64,000 nucleotides of DNA. Source: Lama guanicoe (Eukaryota). The position numbers were made by a program, and so were the translations under genes. The DNA lies in assembly GCA_013239625.1 (NCBI GenBank), contig MU053557.1, positions 2,324,123 through 2,388,122 of the forward strand, given 5' to 3'. Positions 41,401-54,005 of the stretch are shown piece by piece (position 1 is the first letter of the stretch; each line of letters begins with the position of its first letter). Under the pieces are notes generated by a model. That model was not told the DNA's origin. It made no database searches and saw only the letters and a program-made list of their open reading frames with translations.

Positions 41401-42457
41401 ATATAAAATAGATAAACAGCAAGGTCCCACTGAATAGCACAGGGAGCTATATCCAATACCTTGTAATAGCCTATAATGAAAAAGAATATGAAAAAATATA
41501 TACATATATATACGTAACTGAATCACTACGCTGTACACCAGAAATCGACATGACATTGTAAACTGACTATACTTCAATTAAAAAAAATTTTTTAACCAAA
41601 ATAAAATAAAATAAAATATCCAAAATAATCTATTAAAACTAAACAACAAAATAAAAATAATAATGAGCATTAAAATTTAAGCAAAAGTTATTCAAATAAA
41701 GTTTAGCTTTTATTTTAGTTTTAAAATGTAATTATATCTTATAAAATCTTTTATAGACATAAAATTATTTGTAATTCTTACATTTAATATTCATCAGTTG
41801 CTAATGCAAAAAAAATTGGTATTATGCTTCATGTCTCAAACATGTTATGTCTAGAGTATGTATAAAAATAATTTAAGGAGAATATTGTTTACTACTGCAA
41901 AATGTTCTCTGGCTGCCATGTGTAACTATTGCACAGACTGCAGTCATCTATGAGTACTTATAGATCTACAAACAAACTCAAAGAACTCAAAGAAAGCAAG
42001 AAAATAGATGCTCAGCACTCCTGGGAAGCCGTGCTTTATTATGCAAGAATCTATAGCATTCACAACATTTAAGAGGAAGGATTTGACAAATGAATTAATT
42101 TGTCTTTTCTCTTACCTAAATGCTTCCACAGCTCAAATTCTTCTCGTATTGCTAAGTAATCCTTCCATGATGCTGGCAGCAGGAAAACCCAAGATTCTTC
42201 ATGGCGTTTGAATAAAGTCACACTTGTTTCCAGGACAAAGGGCAAGAGATGTGGAGAAGCATGTCCTGTGGCCTGAATAGTGTCAGTCACCAGTGTGGGT
42301 GTTTAGCGTGATGGCTGCTCTGTGTCAGGAATGGGTACCCAATCTCATACGCTCTTTGATGAATTGATCTTTCATTGTGTGTTTGTGATTTTCAGACTCT
42401 CTAACACATAGGGTCCAAGACAGGAGCCCCTTATGACCAGATCTAAAAGCTATCCTG
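38484..42457 (-). mobile_element. Near-full-length fossil hAT-Tip100 (Zaphod/MER115-like) DNA transposon with decayed transposase, interrupted by L1
   Basis: The left end (TGTCTAAATATTTAAAAGTTATAAA...) and right end (...GGAGCCCCTTATGACCAGATCTAAAAGCTATCCTG) resemble the recalled Zaphod/MER115 termini. Minus-strand translations NTMT*ER*TNLT (~38947-38982) and YNNIVSDFAKMRIRK (~38866-38910) resemble the hAT C-terminal dimerisation domain. Confidence 0.75.
40831..41612 (+). mobile_element. 5'-truncated L1 (ORF2 end + 3'UTR) nested in the hAT element
   Basis: ORF2 C-terminal peptide [22 protein letters not shown]-rich tail; perfect TSD AAAATATCCAAAATAA at 40815-40830 and 41613-41628. Confidence 0.93.
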
Positions 42458-42937
42458 AGCTCAGTAAAAAAATTTATCACTACTTATCTGTACAACCCCT
42501 ATGTGTAAAGTGGAAATAGCTTCTCCCTCACTAGTACCTGAATAAACTGTCATATAAACAGTGGGGTGTTTTTTTTTTCTAGGCATCTTTTACAGTAACA
42601 TACACACACATGCATTTTTTATATTTTAAAAAAATGTATAAATGACACCGTAATATAAAAACTTTTTAAGCTGCTTCTCCTACTTAACAATACATTATGG
42701 ACTGCTTTCCACATTGTTATAGAAAATTCATCATTGACGTCATCTTATTAATAACTACATGATATTACGTTAATTGTTAAAGCCAATTCCCTCTTGATTG
42801 ACATTTATTTTTTCAAATTTTTGTTCTAGATGAACAGGATATTCTCATGAACCTCAAAATATGAGCAGGTGGAGGAAAACTACCAATAGCTAAAGAGCAC
42901 ATTGTATCAGTGTCTTTGCAGGGGAGCAATGAGGTCC

Positions 42938-43348
42938 ATGGATGGAGCTGGAGATCATAATTCTAAGTGAAGTCAGTCAGAAAGAGAAAGAAAAATACTA
43001 TATGATCTCACTTATATGTTTAATCTAAAAAAAGACAGATGTGATCTTATTTATAAAACAGAAACAGACTCACAGAAAGAAACTTATGGTTACTAGGAGA
43101 TAAGGGGGTGGGAAGGGATAAATTGGGAGTTCGAGACTTGCAGATACTATTATATATAAAATAGACAAATGAGCCTCTTCTGTATAGCACAGAGAACTAT
43201 ATTCACTATCTTATAGTAACCTATAATGAAAAAGAATATGAAAGTGAGTATATGAATGTACATGTATGACTGAAACATTACGGTGTACACTTGAAATTGA
43301 TACAGCATTGTAAACTGACTATACTTCAATTTAAAAATTTAAAAAAAC
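42938..43348 (+). mobile_element. L1 3' end
   Basis: Same family 3'UTR as 40831-41612, ending GTAAACTGACTATACTTCAATTTAAAA. Confidence 0.88.
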
Positions 43349-43349
43349 A

Positions 43350-45180
43350 GAAGAAGGAAATCCAGAGTAATGAAGCTAGAAAAGTTATCCTGAGTCATCC
43401 TTCCTTCATAAAAGAAAAACTAAATTCATATAAAAATGAACAATAGAGTAAGATTGTGTTCAAATCCAACACTAAGTCAGGTATGTTAACTAATCTTATT
43501 GTGATGATAATTTTGCAATATGTAAGTGTATCAGATCATTACATTGTACACCTTAAACTTACACAATGTTATATGTCAATTATATCTCGATAAAGCTGGA
43601 AAAAAAATCCAACCCTAAATCATTATAAGAAAACAAGAAAAGGGCAGAATAATAGTCTAACAATGAAAACATATCAGAAAGACATGCTTATAAAACAGAT
43701 GAAAATTTTAACTTATTTGAAAATTAAGCTTTAAAAAATTAATAAAATAGTATCAGCTAAGAAAGGACTATATAAATCAGAATTAGAGAAGCTCAGAAAT
43801 GAAGTAGGAGAACACAGGATTAGAATTAATGTTAATCATTTGAGAGATGGAGACTAAAATAAAAGAAGCAGAAGAGGGAATAAACGCATCAAATTACACC
43901 TTTGCATAAATAGTAGGTGAGAAGGAGGGAATTCGAACAAATCAAGGAGATTTGAGAGAAAGTGGTAGATATAGAAGATAAACAAACAAACAAAAAAACC
44001 AACATATATGTAACAGAAGACTCACAAAGAAGAAACTAAAAAGCAGTGGAAATTTAAAAGTAATTTAAAACTAATTTAAATTTCCAAAGCAAACATTTAA
44101 GAATTTTTCCTGAGACAAAAAGAGATTTCAAGGAAAAAAAAAAAAAAAGGAGAGAAAGAGATTTGGTACTAGTATCTAGGAAAATCAATCCAGAATGACC
44201 AGTGTCAAGATATTGTCTCAAAAAACTTCTGGACTTTACAAAAAAAGAAAAAAAAATCATTTGGGCATCTAGTCAAAATATCAAATCATCTAAATGGAAA
44301 AGAAATAATTATCTTCAAACTGTATTCCAGAAGAAATAGAGTAATGTACTGAAGATATTCAAAGAAAGAAAACATGAGCCAACATGTCACAAACGATAAA
44401 TGTGAAAGAACTAAAGAATATTGCTCCTCTGAGTTTACTGAAGCAAGGCTTATGGGACAACCAAAATGGAAAGACATTGGCCTTAGGACCGATGGTGACT
44501 GGACCAAGGATTGACTGGCGTTACGTATTTACCCATAAAACTATTATGGTTGTAAAAAGAGTACGTGCCCAGGCAATGTAGAGGTTATACAATAATTAGA
44601 AGAATGATAAGAGAGATGAAATAGAGAACATACTTGTTGAATACATTTGCTGCTGATGGGGGTGAAAGGATATTTATTTACCTGAGATGCTGGCAAACAG
44701 GAATGAGAAAGAAAAGAAGAAATTATTAACTAATTTCAATATTGTTGGGGAACCAACAGAAAATAACAAAAATAAGACGAAAGGGACTGAGGTTGTTTTA
44801 GCTTCAGTATAAAAGTAACCATTAAAATACAAATAAAACCTTCCTAAATACCAATTACATTTGAGACTGCAAATAAGTGAAACGCGAGGGCTATGAAACA
44901 GTTGCATATGTATAATATACAAAACAATATGAAGTGAAAAATAAGGTGCAAAGGAGTATACATAGTATACTGCCATTGAAATAAAATTGATGGCAAAATG
45001 AGGATATATGTGTTTATATGGACAAACGTATATTTGCTTATGCTTGCCATTAAGAAAGGCTAAACCAGAAACCAGTAAAATTGGTTATGTACAGGAGTTG
45101 AAGAAAACTTCTCTGAGTTACATTTTTATGTAGTTTTGACCTTTGAACTATGCTACCGTGTTACATATTCAAAAAAATCA
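43350..45180 (+). mobile_element. Old L1M remnants (A-rich, ORF1-like) with a small nested L1 3' end (~43480-43605)
   Basis: Strong A-skew; the nested insert is flanked by a near-direct repeat AAATCCAAC(A/C)CTAA(G/A)TCA at ~43462 and ~43605. Confidence 0.6.
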
Positions 45181-45185
45181 AACTA

Positions 45186-45267
45186 ATGCTCACTTGGGCA
45201 GCACATATACTGCAATAGAAATGATACAGAGAAGATTAGCACACCCCCTGCACAGGGAAGACATGTA
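45186..45267 (+). pseudogene. 3'-truncated U6 snRNA retrocopy
   Basis: TGCTCACTTGGGCAGCACATATACT...GATACAGAGAAGATTAGCA aligns to about the first 80 nt of U6, with the ACAGAGA box at 45226-45232; several substitutions; the U6 3' end is missing; no PSE/TATA promoter recognised. Confidence 0.9.
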
Positions 45268-45473
45268 TTTTTTGAGGAATATTTCAGTTTTTTCTGCATT
45301 ATTTCCTCAACCTTTCTGTAGGTTTAAAAATTTTCATCATAAAAGTTTGGGACAGGGGAATGAACACATGGGTTGGAGGTAGGTGTGTGACTCCAGGACA
45401 GTTCATCTATCTACAGGATAGCCAGCTAGTGACCTGGGACCTGAGTGACCTGGCCTGAAAAGATGAGCTATAC

Positions 45474-45945
45474 TGTATCGGTCAGGATCCTTTTGGCTTC
45501 ACGTAACAGGATACCAAGTCAAAGTAGCTTAAACTGTAAGGATACCTAATTATCTCATGTAACAAGAAGTCTAAAGGTAAATGGCTCCAGGGTTGGTTAA
45601 TTCGTCAGCTCGAGGATGTTGTAGCTTGCTTCTGTCAGTTTCTCGCTAGTTCTCTTGGCTTTACTTCATGGTTGCAAAATGGCTGTCACGGTTTCATTTA
45701 TCATGTCCTCACATGACATATCCAGAGGAGGTAGGAAGGGGATGGGCTAACTCCTCCTCAGGCTTTGCCTCTTTGCATTAAGGATAAAATTCTTTGCCAT
45801 AAGCCCCCACTTCCCCCAGAAAATTCCTCTTACATCTCATTACCCTTAACAAACCAATTCTGATTCACCACCTGGGGTTGTTTGCCTGAAAAAAACTGGG
45901 AAGGATGGATGATTGTGGGGTGGGCAGCCAATCATGTTTTGCCAC
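45474..45945 (-). mobile_element. Old MLT1-type LTR
   Basis: TGTATCGGTCAGGAT...GTAACAG...TAGCTTAAAC...CTTCATGGTTGCAAAATGGCTG. Confidence 0.65.
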
Positions 45946-46774
45946 ACGAGCCAATCAGACTCAGGAATCTGAGCCAAGAAGCCCGGCCTGGGTTTGCTGT
46001 TAGCGGTTGGTCAAGCTGATGGTGAATGGACAGCAAGAAGTTGAGCTGAGGCCCTGGCACACCGGGTTGGGGACAAGCCAAGGTGAAGACAAGGAAAACT
46101 ATAGAGAAGGTGAGGAAGCCATTTGGTAGAGAAAGGAGAATGGAGCACTTGCGGAGGTGGGTGGAGCTGCCCTGAAGGATGGAAACCCTCCCCAAAACTG
46201 CCTGATGTCTTCTGATTATTATTTCACTTCCCAGCCACAGGGCATGCACCCATGAGGGCTCATTCGCTAGTCACAGAAAAAACAGCAACAGCAACGACAG
46301 AACTGGCTGAGCGCAAAGGAGGAATTAGTTATCAATGTTATTAAATGTTACCATGGCAGGAAGTGGAGCCTGTCCTTAGGAAGTACTAAAACCAGAACGT
46401 GCCAGCAGGAGGTGACTCCTCTTTGCCTCTTCCTGTGTGTTTCTCCAAGTCTAGTTCATTTCCTGTGCAGGAGGATGTCTCTGCTTCACGTCCCCCACCT
46501 TGTCATATATCCGCCCACACCTTCTAAATTTGCTTTAAAGTTTTGTCGCCTTGAAGGTCCCGAGTGATACTCAGTCTCTCAGTCTTAGTTGCAGATTCCA
46601 AAAGAAAAAAACCCAAGAGGCATTCAGCTGGGTCAGATGCTCAATGTACTCGGTCCATAGGCTTAAGGTCACAACAGACAAGCAAGGGAGAGTGAGGAGC
46701 AGAACCAGGGGAGAGGGGTCATTGACTCAGGCTGTAAAGATACCCTAGAAGATTTCCACCATGATCCTTAAAAT

Positions 46775-47002
46775 AGTAGATTTCAAGGTTGGGGGTGAGA
46801 ACCTGCCCCCCTCCCCATCCTCACCCACCCAGGGGACACTCTGTGGTGTCTGAAAACATTTTTGGTCATCACGGTTCAGGGGGTAGGTACTCCCTGCATC
46901 TCATGGGGAGAGTCCGGGGATGTTGCTAAAATCCTAGAATGCTCTTACAACCAAGAATTACCTGGTCCAGAATGTACGCAGCACCAAGACTGAGAAGCTC
47001 TA
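46775..47002 (+). mobile_element. MER20-like element (diverged)
   Basis: CCAGGGGACAC...GTCTGAAAACATTTTTGGTCATCAC...GATGTTGCTAAA...AAGAATTA. Confidence 0.7.
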
Positions 47003-47741
47003 CCTCAGCTGGTTCTTACTAGTAACTGTTCTTTTAATCAAATGAAGCATCTGTACCCACAGAGCACACACCCAGGCCTGGTAAGTTAGAGGACTCAGTC
47101 AACATTTGTTAGGTAGAGACTGAATGGAAGCACCCTTCTAGGACTGTATGGACGCTGATTCTACTGCTGATTGCTTGGATTCAGGGTGCATTTTCAGTGA
47201 AGCAGCCCACAAAGGCAGGAGACATTGAGGCTCTTGCCCTGGGCTGGGGAACGGTTACAGAAATGAGCAGAAACAGACTGAAGCGGAAGACAGAACTGTA
47301 AACACACACACACAACCTGCTCTTGCAAGTGCTCAAAACACAAACAGCAGCTGCCTAGCTGGTATCTGCTCCTCCCCACACACCATAAGGGAGAGCCGTA
47401 AATCCTTGAGTCCCAAACAGCTGTTGGCTATGACAGGAGCATCTTTTTTTCCACTCTGACTCGTCAGACAGGAAGGTACAGGCTCTAGGCCGTAGGGTTT
47501 TCTTTTGGCTTAGTCATCACAACATCTGCTTTCATCTCCTGAGGAGAATTGTCCCTGAAATTGCCCCCCCAAAAATCTGTAAATGACTCAGAGAGAAGGC
47601 TTCAGAAACAAATTGAAGAAAAAAATTTTAAGGCAAGACTTTCCCTGAAATTTCTGATATACCTGAGGCTGCTATTTGGCAAAGGCGGAAAAGTTCTCTT
47701 GTTTCTGGCGTAAACCCAGAAGTTAGCTAACTCAGGGTCTT

Positions 47742-47757
47742 TGCTGCCCTCTACTGA
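47742..47757 (-). promoter_or_regulatory. Candidate CTCF site
   Basis: Minus strand TCAGTAGAGGGCAGCA closely matches the CTCF core CCASYAGRKGGCRSY with one 5' mismatch. Confidence 0.45.
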
Positions 47758-50700
47758 TTATCACGAAGACTTGCAGGAGGTTTGAGAGGGTGAATGGCTT
47801 TTTGGCAGATTGCTTCGTTCATTCCTTCATTTAATTTTTTGAAGCATATTTACCGGGTGTAAATATACTTTGCCTATGCTCTGTGCTAGGCAGTAGTGCA
47901 ACCGGGAAAAATATACGACGTATATTCCAACAAAGGAGACAAACTATGTGTAAGTCAACAAATAAGAAACATTTTAAGTTTGTTCCAAGTGCCCTGAAAA
48001 CAATGAACAGGGTGATGTGGGCAAGGAGGCAGTTCAAGGCTGGGCGGGCTGGGAGGTGGCAGGTGAGCTGAGCCTGGGAGGTTGAGACAGTCAGCTGTGC
48101 TGACAGCAGAGCTTAGGGCTCCCCGGCAGGCTGAGAAGTGGATGTAAGCCTACTTGTGTGCCTCTGAAACCTGTATGTGAGCAGAGGCCAGTGTGGAGGG
48201 GAGGTCAGAGAGGCGGGTAGGGAAGGGGTCACAGAGGGACCCCGCGGTCTGTAAAGGTACTTGGATTTTTCTTCAGAATAAATCTTACCCAGTAGAGGAA
48301 GGTACTGTTTTTTTAAAAGATTCCTCTTTTCATCGGACACATTCTCTCTAGGAGATCCATAAAGATTTTTCAGAAAGTTTACAAGGTGCATCCATGAAAG
48401 AGAGAAATAACCATCTAGAGGACTGCGCTGTCTCCTCCTGTGTGGATCACGGAAGGTAGGGCAGGGGCAGGACCAGGAGGCAGAGCCAAGTGAGGGCTGT
48501 GCGGGAGGCAGGCTGGGCCAGAGTGGCGCCGCGGAGATGGGCCGAAATGGACCAGAGGCACCCTTGGGAGTTGCACCTTCAGGACCCATTGATGAGTTGG
48601 ATGTGGAAGATGATGATGGACAGCTGCCAAGGGTACGAGGGCAAGCCAATCAGCTCTGACATGTGGTTGAAGAAAAAGGGCACCTGCAGGCTCTGTTGCA
48701 GGCTCATTGCGGGCTCTTTGCGGGCGGGCAGGGTGGGTGATAGCACGCGAGTGCCTTTGCTCTCTTTCCTTCTGCTCAGTCTGGGTGATTATCCCTGACA
48801 GGTCTCATGGAGGTAGCCCTCATAAGAATGGCTGTAAAACCTTTTGCTAATATCCAGCCGCCCATAAATGTCAGGTGATGAGAATTACAGCCCCGCAGGC
48901 TCATCAAGGAGAGAGCGGGCCGAGGCTTGAGGAAGCCACAGCGACGGCGAGGGCACCTAGCTGTCTTTCCAAGCTGTGTTCTAGTTTCAGGGGGGATGGG
49001 ACCAGAGGAAGTGGAGTGCTAGCTGAGGCCAAAGTGGCTCAGAGCCTTTCTTGGAAGTCTTAGTTATCAAATCTGTCAGCAAAGCTCCTCTTCACCTGGT
49101 CCAAGGCTTCTTCAAGGTTAAGCAGAGCATATTCTTAACTTATACTCAGCCAGGAGGAGTGGGGAGGTTAGGGAACCTGGCCACAGGCAGCCTCTGATTA
49201 TGGGGAATAAACAACATACTGTTTCCTGCCTTTTCCCACCCTTGACCCACCTGTCAGCTAATTAGTACCTAGCACCCAGGTGTGTTCCCCTGCTCACCAT
49301 CTGTCTGGCGGTCCTTTGATGCACCCCATATGTCTAACAGCCCCGACCCCCAGTTCCCTTTCATTTTCCCCTTATATTACTTTTTCTTCAACATGCTCTC
49401 AACGTACAGCTAAAAAATCACTGGGATCATATCCTAAGCATGGCATTGTGCTCGGATCCTGGAAACTGGGCTGGCAGGGGGCAAAGAAATAGGATCAGAG
49501 GACCCTATTCAGAAGAAGCTATTCATCTAGCTGGCTGTCAGCTGGATGAGGTTCTGGGAGCACAGACACACTGACAAAGTAGAACAATAACAGATAAGGG
49601 TGGCTAACATCTAGAGTGCGGGCTGACCACGTGCCAGGTACCTGGCAAGGGCTCTGTCTCAGGCCGTCCTCATGACAAGCTCATGAGGTGAGCACTGCTG
49701 CCATGTTCCTTTTCAGATGAGGCGGGTAGCTGAGGCTTGGGGAGGTGGTAACTTTTGTAGGGTGACAGCTAGTGAGGGATGGAACCCTTTTTTAACCCAA
49801 GTCTGCCTTATCTTGAAGTTATGTTTCCTGCCCTGTCTCTGGCCCATCAGTTAAGACAGCATGAAGGGATGTTCTGCATGGTGCTCCAGTTCTCAGGCCA
49901 TGCTGCCCTTTGACTTCCCCTAAGTTCTCTTCTACGTACCTGTGTGCACGAATACACACCACACACACATCTTCATCCATATCCCTAGCCTGACCATAAT
50001 CCTTTGGGCCCTAATGGCATTTTGACACTTTATCAAAATTATACCAACATTGTTGCGTGTTCAGTGAGAAAGCATTTTTAGAAGCAAACTTCAATGGTGA
50101 TAAACCCACATAAGTAATCCCCCAACCAAATACCAATAAATTTCAGGATCTGTTTTCTACATTAGATGATATTTTTTGCTATTAGTTTTTTTTTCACTAA
50201 AGTTATTTCTGACCAAATTAACTCTTCATTGAAATTTCAGGGTGAAGATCTGTGTTCCCTAAAGCATTTCTATTGGCATCAGATCTTACCAATTGTCTAG
50301 TTCGAGAGAAGTTTCTTCAATGATTGTTATTTCTGCCAGACCCAACTTTCTTGGGTCAGATTTTAGAGATTTGCATTTAAGATCTGATCTTCAGTCAGTT
50401 TCACATTTTATCACATGCAATGTTAGCCATTTTCAGTTTCAATTTGTACTTTTTTTTTAACAAGAAATATCCATTATCAATCAGATATCAGGCTAATAGT
50501 TCGTATTTATTACTTAGCTAACCAAGGAGAAAACTGAGCAGTTTATGTAACAGAGAGAGCAAGGTAAAACAGAGGCAAAGAGGCAAAGATTCAGATATGG
50601 GGAGATAAAGAAAGCAAGAGGAGATCAAATAATAAGAATAGAAATTATATTTATAGAAATGATAATAGCTAATGTTTATTGAGCACATACTAGGATCCCT

Positions 50701-51444
50701 GTTCTAAATACTTTACGTGGCCTTACATTCATTCAACACTCACAGAAACTCTTTGGGGGAGATATAATTATTATTTCCATTTTAAGATAGGGAAACTTCA
50801 GCAAAAAGACTGGAAAGAAATTGTCCCCAACTATACAGCTGGTAAGAGGCAAATGCAGGATTCAAACCCAGGCAGCCCGTGACAGAGAAGCTACAGTGGT
50901 CCTTTATGTTGATTGCTTACTTCTTGGTCTTGCAGCATTGAAATGTCCTTTCAAACAAAATGGTGAGGTGAGTTAAAATGTCCTTACTCCATCCCATGCT
51001 TTGCTGCCACCTGAAATGCCCTCCCATCTGGTACGCCTAACACAATCACATGCTTCCTACCAGGGAGCCGGCCTGACCTCAGGGAGAGAGGGCACTGCCT
51101 GCAGGGCTGGGTCTCCTGGCCCTCTGCAGGGCTTTCCAGCATCTGAGCTAATCGCTGTTGGAAATCTTACCTGTGCTGCACTTTTTGCTTCTTAGTCTTC
51201 CTCATTAGACCATAAGCTCCTTGAGGGCAGGAGTTAGGTCTCATTATACTGTTTGCATTTACCAGTATAGAAATGTACTGAAATTAGAAAGGCAATGAAT
51301 GAATGTACCATTTCAGTAACAGTGAGTTCCACTAATAGTGATTTGTTTTCTTATTTACTTTTTAGTAAGATTGCTTTGGCCTAACAAGTTCTTCTGCATA
51401 AAGGGACCTGTGACCATGGCAGTTCTGGAAACTTCCTAATTCAA

Positions 51445-53691
51445 AGGTGGGGGGAGTAACTGCTCATGGGTATGGGGTTTCCTTTTGGCTGATGAAAATC
51501 TCCCCACTCCTCCATTTCTGTTCTGTTCTAAAAATCCTACAGTATCTAGTTAACAAAGGCATCTGACTATGAATACAGAGTAAACCAAAGTCCAAAACGA
51601 GAACAAGTCAACTTAGAATTTATGCCTGTGATTATAACTACATACTTGAACTGTAAGGTTGAAGACGTTATCCCTGTGTCTTAACCCAGGCTGCCCAAGT
51701 TAGATATCTTAATGTGGCCTAAAATTCCCCTCCTGTTCTTAGTTTTGATCAATGTACCATGGTTATGTAATATGTTAACCCTAAGGGAAGCTGGGTGCAG
51801 AGAATCTCCATACTAACTTTGCAACTCTTCTGTAAATCCAAGATTACTCCAAAATGAAAAGTTTAAAAAATACGTTTTAAGCTTCCGGATAACTGACTCT
51901 CAGTGACACCAAGTGCAGAGGGTAGAAACCACAGCCATATTGTGATGTGTACCTTAGTTTTTGTAGCTCCATCTACAGAGTAAGAGGATTGGACAAGATG
52001 TTCATCCAATAAGGGCAAGTAGTGCCCAGAGATGTCCCTACAAAAAGCTCAACTATATGAGTGACAAAGAGAGTGCCCAAGGTACCCCTGACTTTGGGGA
52101 GTATGTGTGGTTAAGGATTGTACTCCTAGCTTTACAGTCCCCCAGAGAGATTTTATTGGCAAAAAAAGACTGGAATCAAAGTCAAGAACACTCATTTTAA
52201 CTGAGCACGTAAAGATCCATCTCTATAAACCAGAATGCCAAAGCCAATTTATTTACAGAGAATTACACCTGTCAGGTGGGCCAGACATCCCTGTCCTCTC
52301 TCTATGGGTAGACTTACAGAGCAAATAAAGTTATCAGAAAGCAGCTCAGTGTGATTATAAGCAGCATAAGGGCAGTAAGTTATTTGATTTGAGAGTTTAA
52401 TGAAATTGAGTCACGATGGTCTGAAAATTCACTATTCCAAATAGAGACAGATCCAATTTAGCTTGTGTTGGGCTAGCTCGTATCATTAGCTCTTTCTTAT
52501 TTGCTATCTGACTATAAACTAAAAATGTAAGCAGATACATTTTGTTGTGTATCAGTTTAAATACTCAGTTCCCTATAGTTTAATGTTTCAAGAACTTAGA
52601 ATATTTTCTCTATTAATCGAAATTTTCAATATTTGAAAAGTAGAGATGATAGTATCATAAACCCTCATCTACCCATCACCCAGCTTCAATAGTTATCAAG
52701 GCAGAGTCAACCTTGTTTCATCTCTAACCCACTCCTGTCCCCTCCCACTCTCTCTCCACCCTTGCTGCTCCCTTTATTTTGAAGCTAATCTCAAAGTCTT
52801 CAGTAGATATTAGAATGTTTTTTGATATCAACCAGAAATGATAATCATTTTAATTAATTTGCTCATTGACTTATTTATTGACTGGCACTGAGCTATATTC
52901 AGGAGAAACTGATTAAAAACCACGAGTGCATTCCTATTCTCCTGGAGTCTGTATTCAACTGGACACGGAAGTTACTATCTGAGCCACCTTGGTTACTTAA
53001 CCTCTTAGCTATTCAACTGCCCTTTGTCCTGTTTCTTGATATGAATATGGATTTGGTATTACTGTTAATTTTGTTAGGTGTGAAAATGTTATTTTTGACA
53101 TGTAGAAAACTGTGGGATTTTTTAAAAAAGAGATACATATTGATGTATTTAGGGATGGAATGATATGACGTTTATAATTTAAAGAACTGCAGAATTAAAA
53201 ACAACAAAGTGAGTCGACAGGTGGTGTTCCACCTCCTGATCATCATCTCCAGCAGTGGGGGTTACTTTGTTACGAGCCATCTTTACTAGTATTATGTTTG
53301 GATATTTGGCCAGGACTTGGGGAGGCATGCTGATGTTGAAAAAGGGATCTATCTAGCCTTCCGCTCTTAAACTAGTTTGTTCAAACTTTACATATTGAGT
53401 GAAATTTTACCCTCACTTTCCTTCTCCAAACAATCATGCTCAGAACTTTGTTTGGCCTTTATCACATTTTATCATACTTAATTGATTTTGAGTATTTAAC
53501 TGGGAATCAGTATAGCATGGTGTTTATTGAAATACAATAATTCACATACAATAAAACCCACCCTCTAAAGTGTTCACAATGGATTTTAGTATATTTACCA
53601 AATTGTGCAATCATCTCTACTATCTAATGCTGCAACATTTTCATCAGCCAAAAGGAAACCCCATACCCATGAGCAGTTACTCCCCCCACCT
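51445..53691. repeat. Perfect 55-bp inverted repeat pair (51445-51499 and 53637-53691)
   Basis: AGGTGGGGGGAGTAACTGCTCATGGGTATGGGGTTTCCTTTTGGCTGATGAAAAT and its exact reverse complement. Confidence 0.95.
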
Positions 53692-54005
53692 CTTAGAAAT
53701 CCATTTTTTGTGTCTATAAATTTGTCTAATCTGGGTATTTCACATAAATAGACTCATACAATATGTAGCTTTTGGTGTCTGACTTCTTCCACTTAGCATG
53801 TTTTCAAGGTTTATCCATGCTGTAGCATGTATCAGTACTTAATCCTTTTTAATGACTGAAAAATATTCCTTTGTATAGATAGACCATATTTCTTAATTCT
53901 TTCAGCAATTGATGGGACATTTTTGCTGTTATGAATAATGGTGGTATGAACATTTGTGTACAAGTTTTTGTGTAGATTTATGGTTTCAAATTTTTTGGAT
54001 CATAA
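53520..54005 (-). mobile_element. L1MB-type 3' fragment
   Basis: TTTATTGAAATACAATAATTCACATAC...TTTGTGTACAAGTTTTTGTGT, reverse L1MB 3'UTR; diverged. Confidence 0.85.

Noticed and set aside
45186..45267. Functional U6 snRNA gene
   Set aside because: 3'-truncated, multiply substituted, and no Pol III type-3 promoter recognised.
48113..48649. Longest ORF in the window (178 aa, minus strand)
   Set aside because: Overlaps LINE2-like sequence; no recognisable protein or splice architecture.
51500..53636. Inversion or transposon bounded by the 55-bp inverted repeats
   Set aside because: The L1MB is collinear on both sides of the right-hand copy, there is no TSD, and the repeat is L1-derived rather than a TIR.
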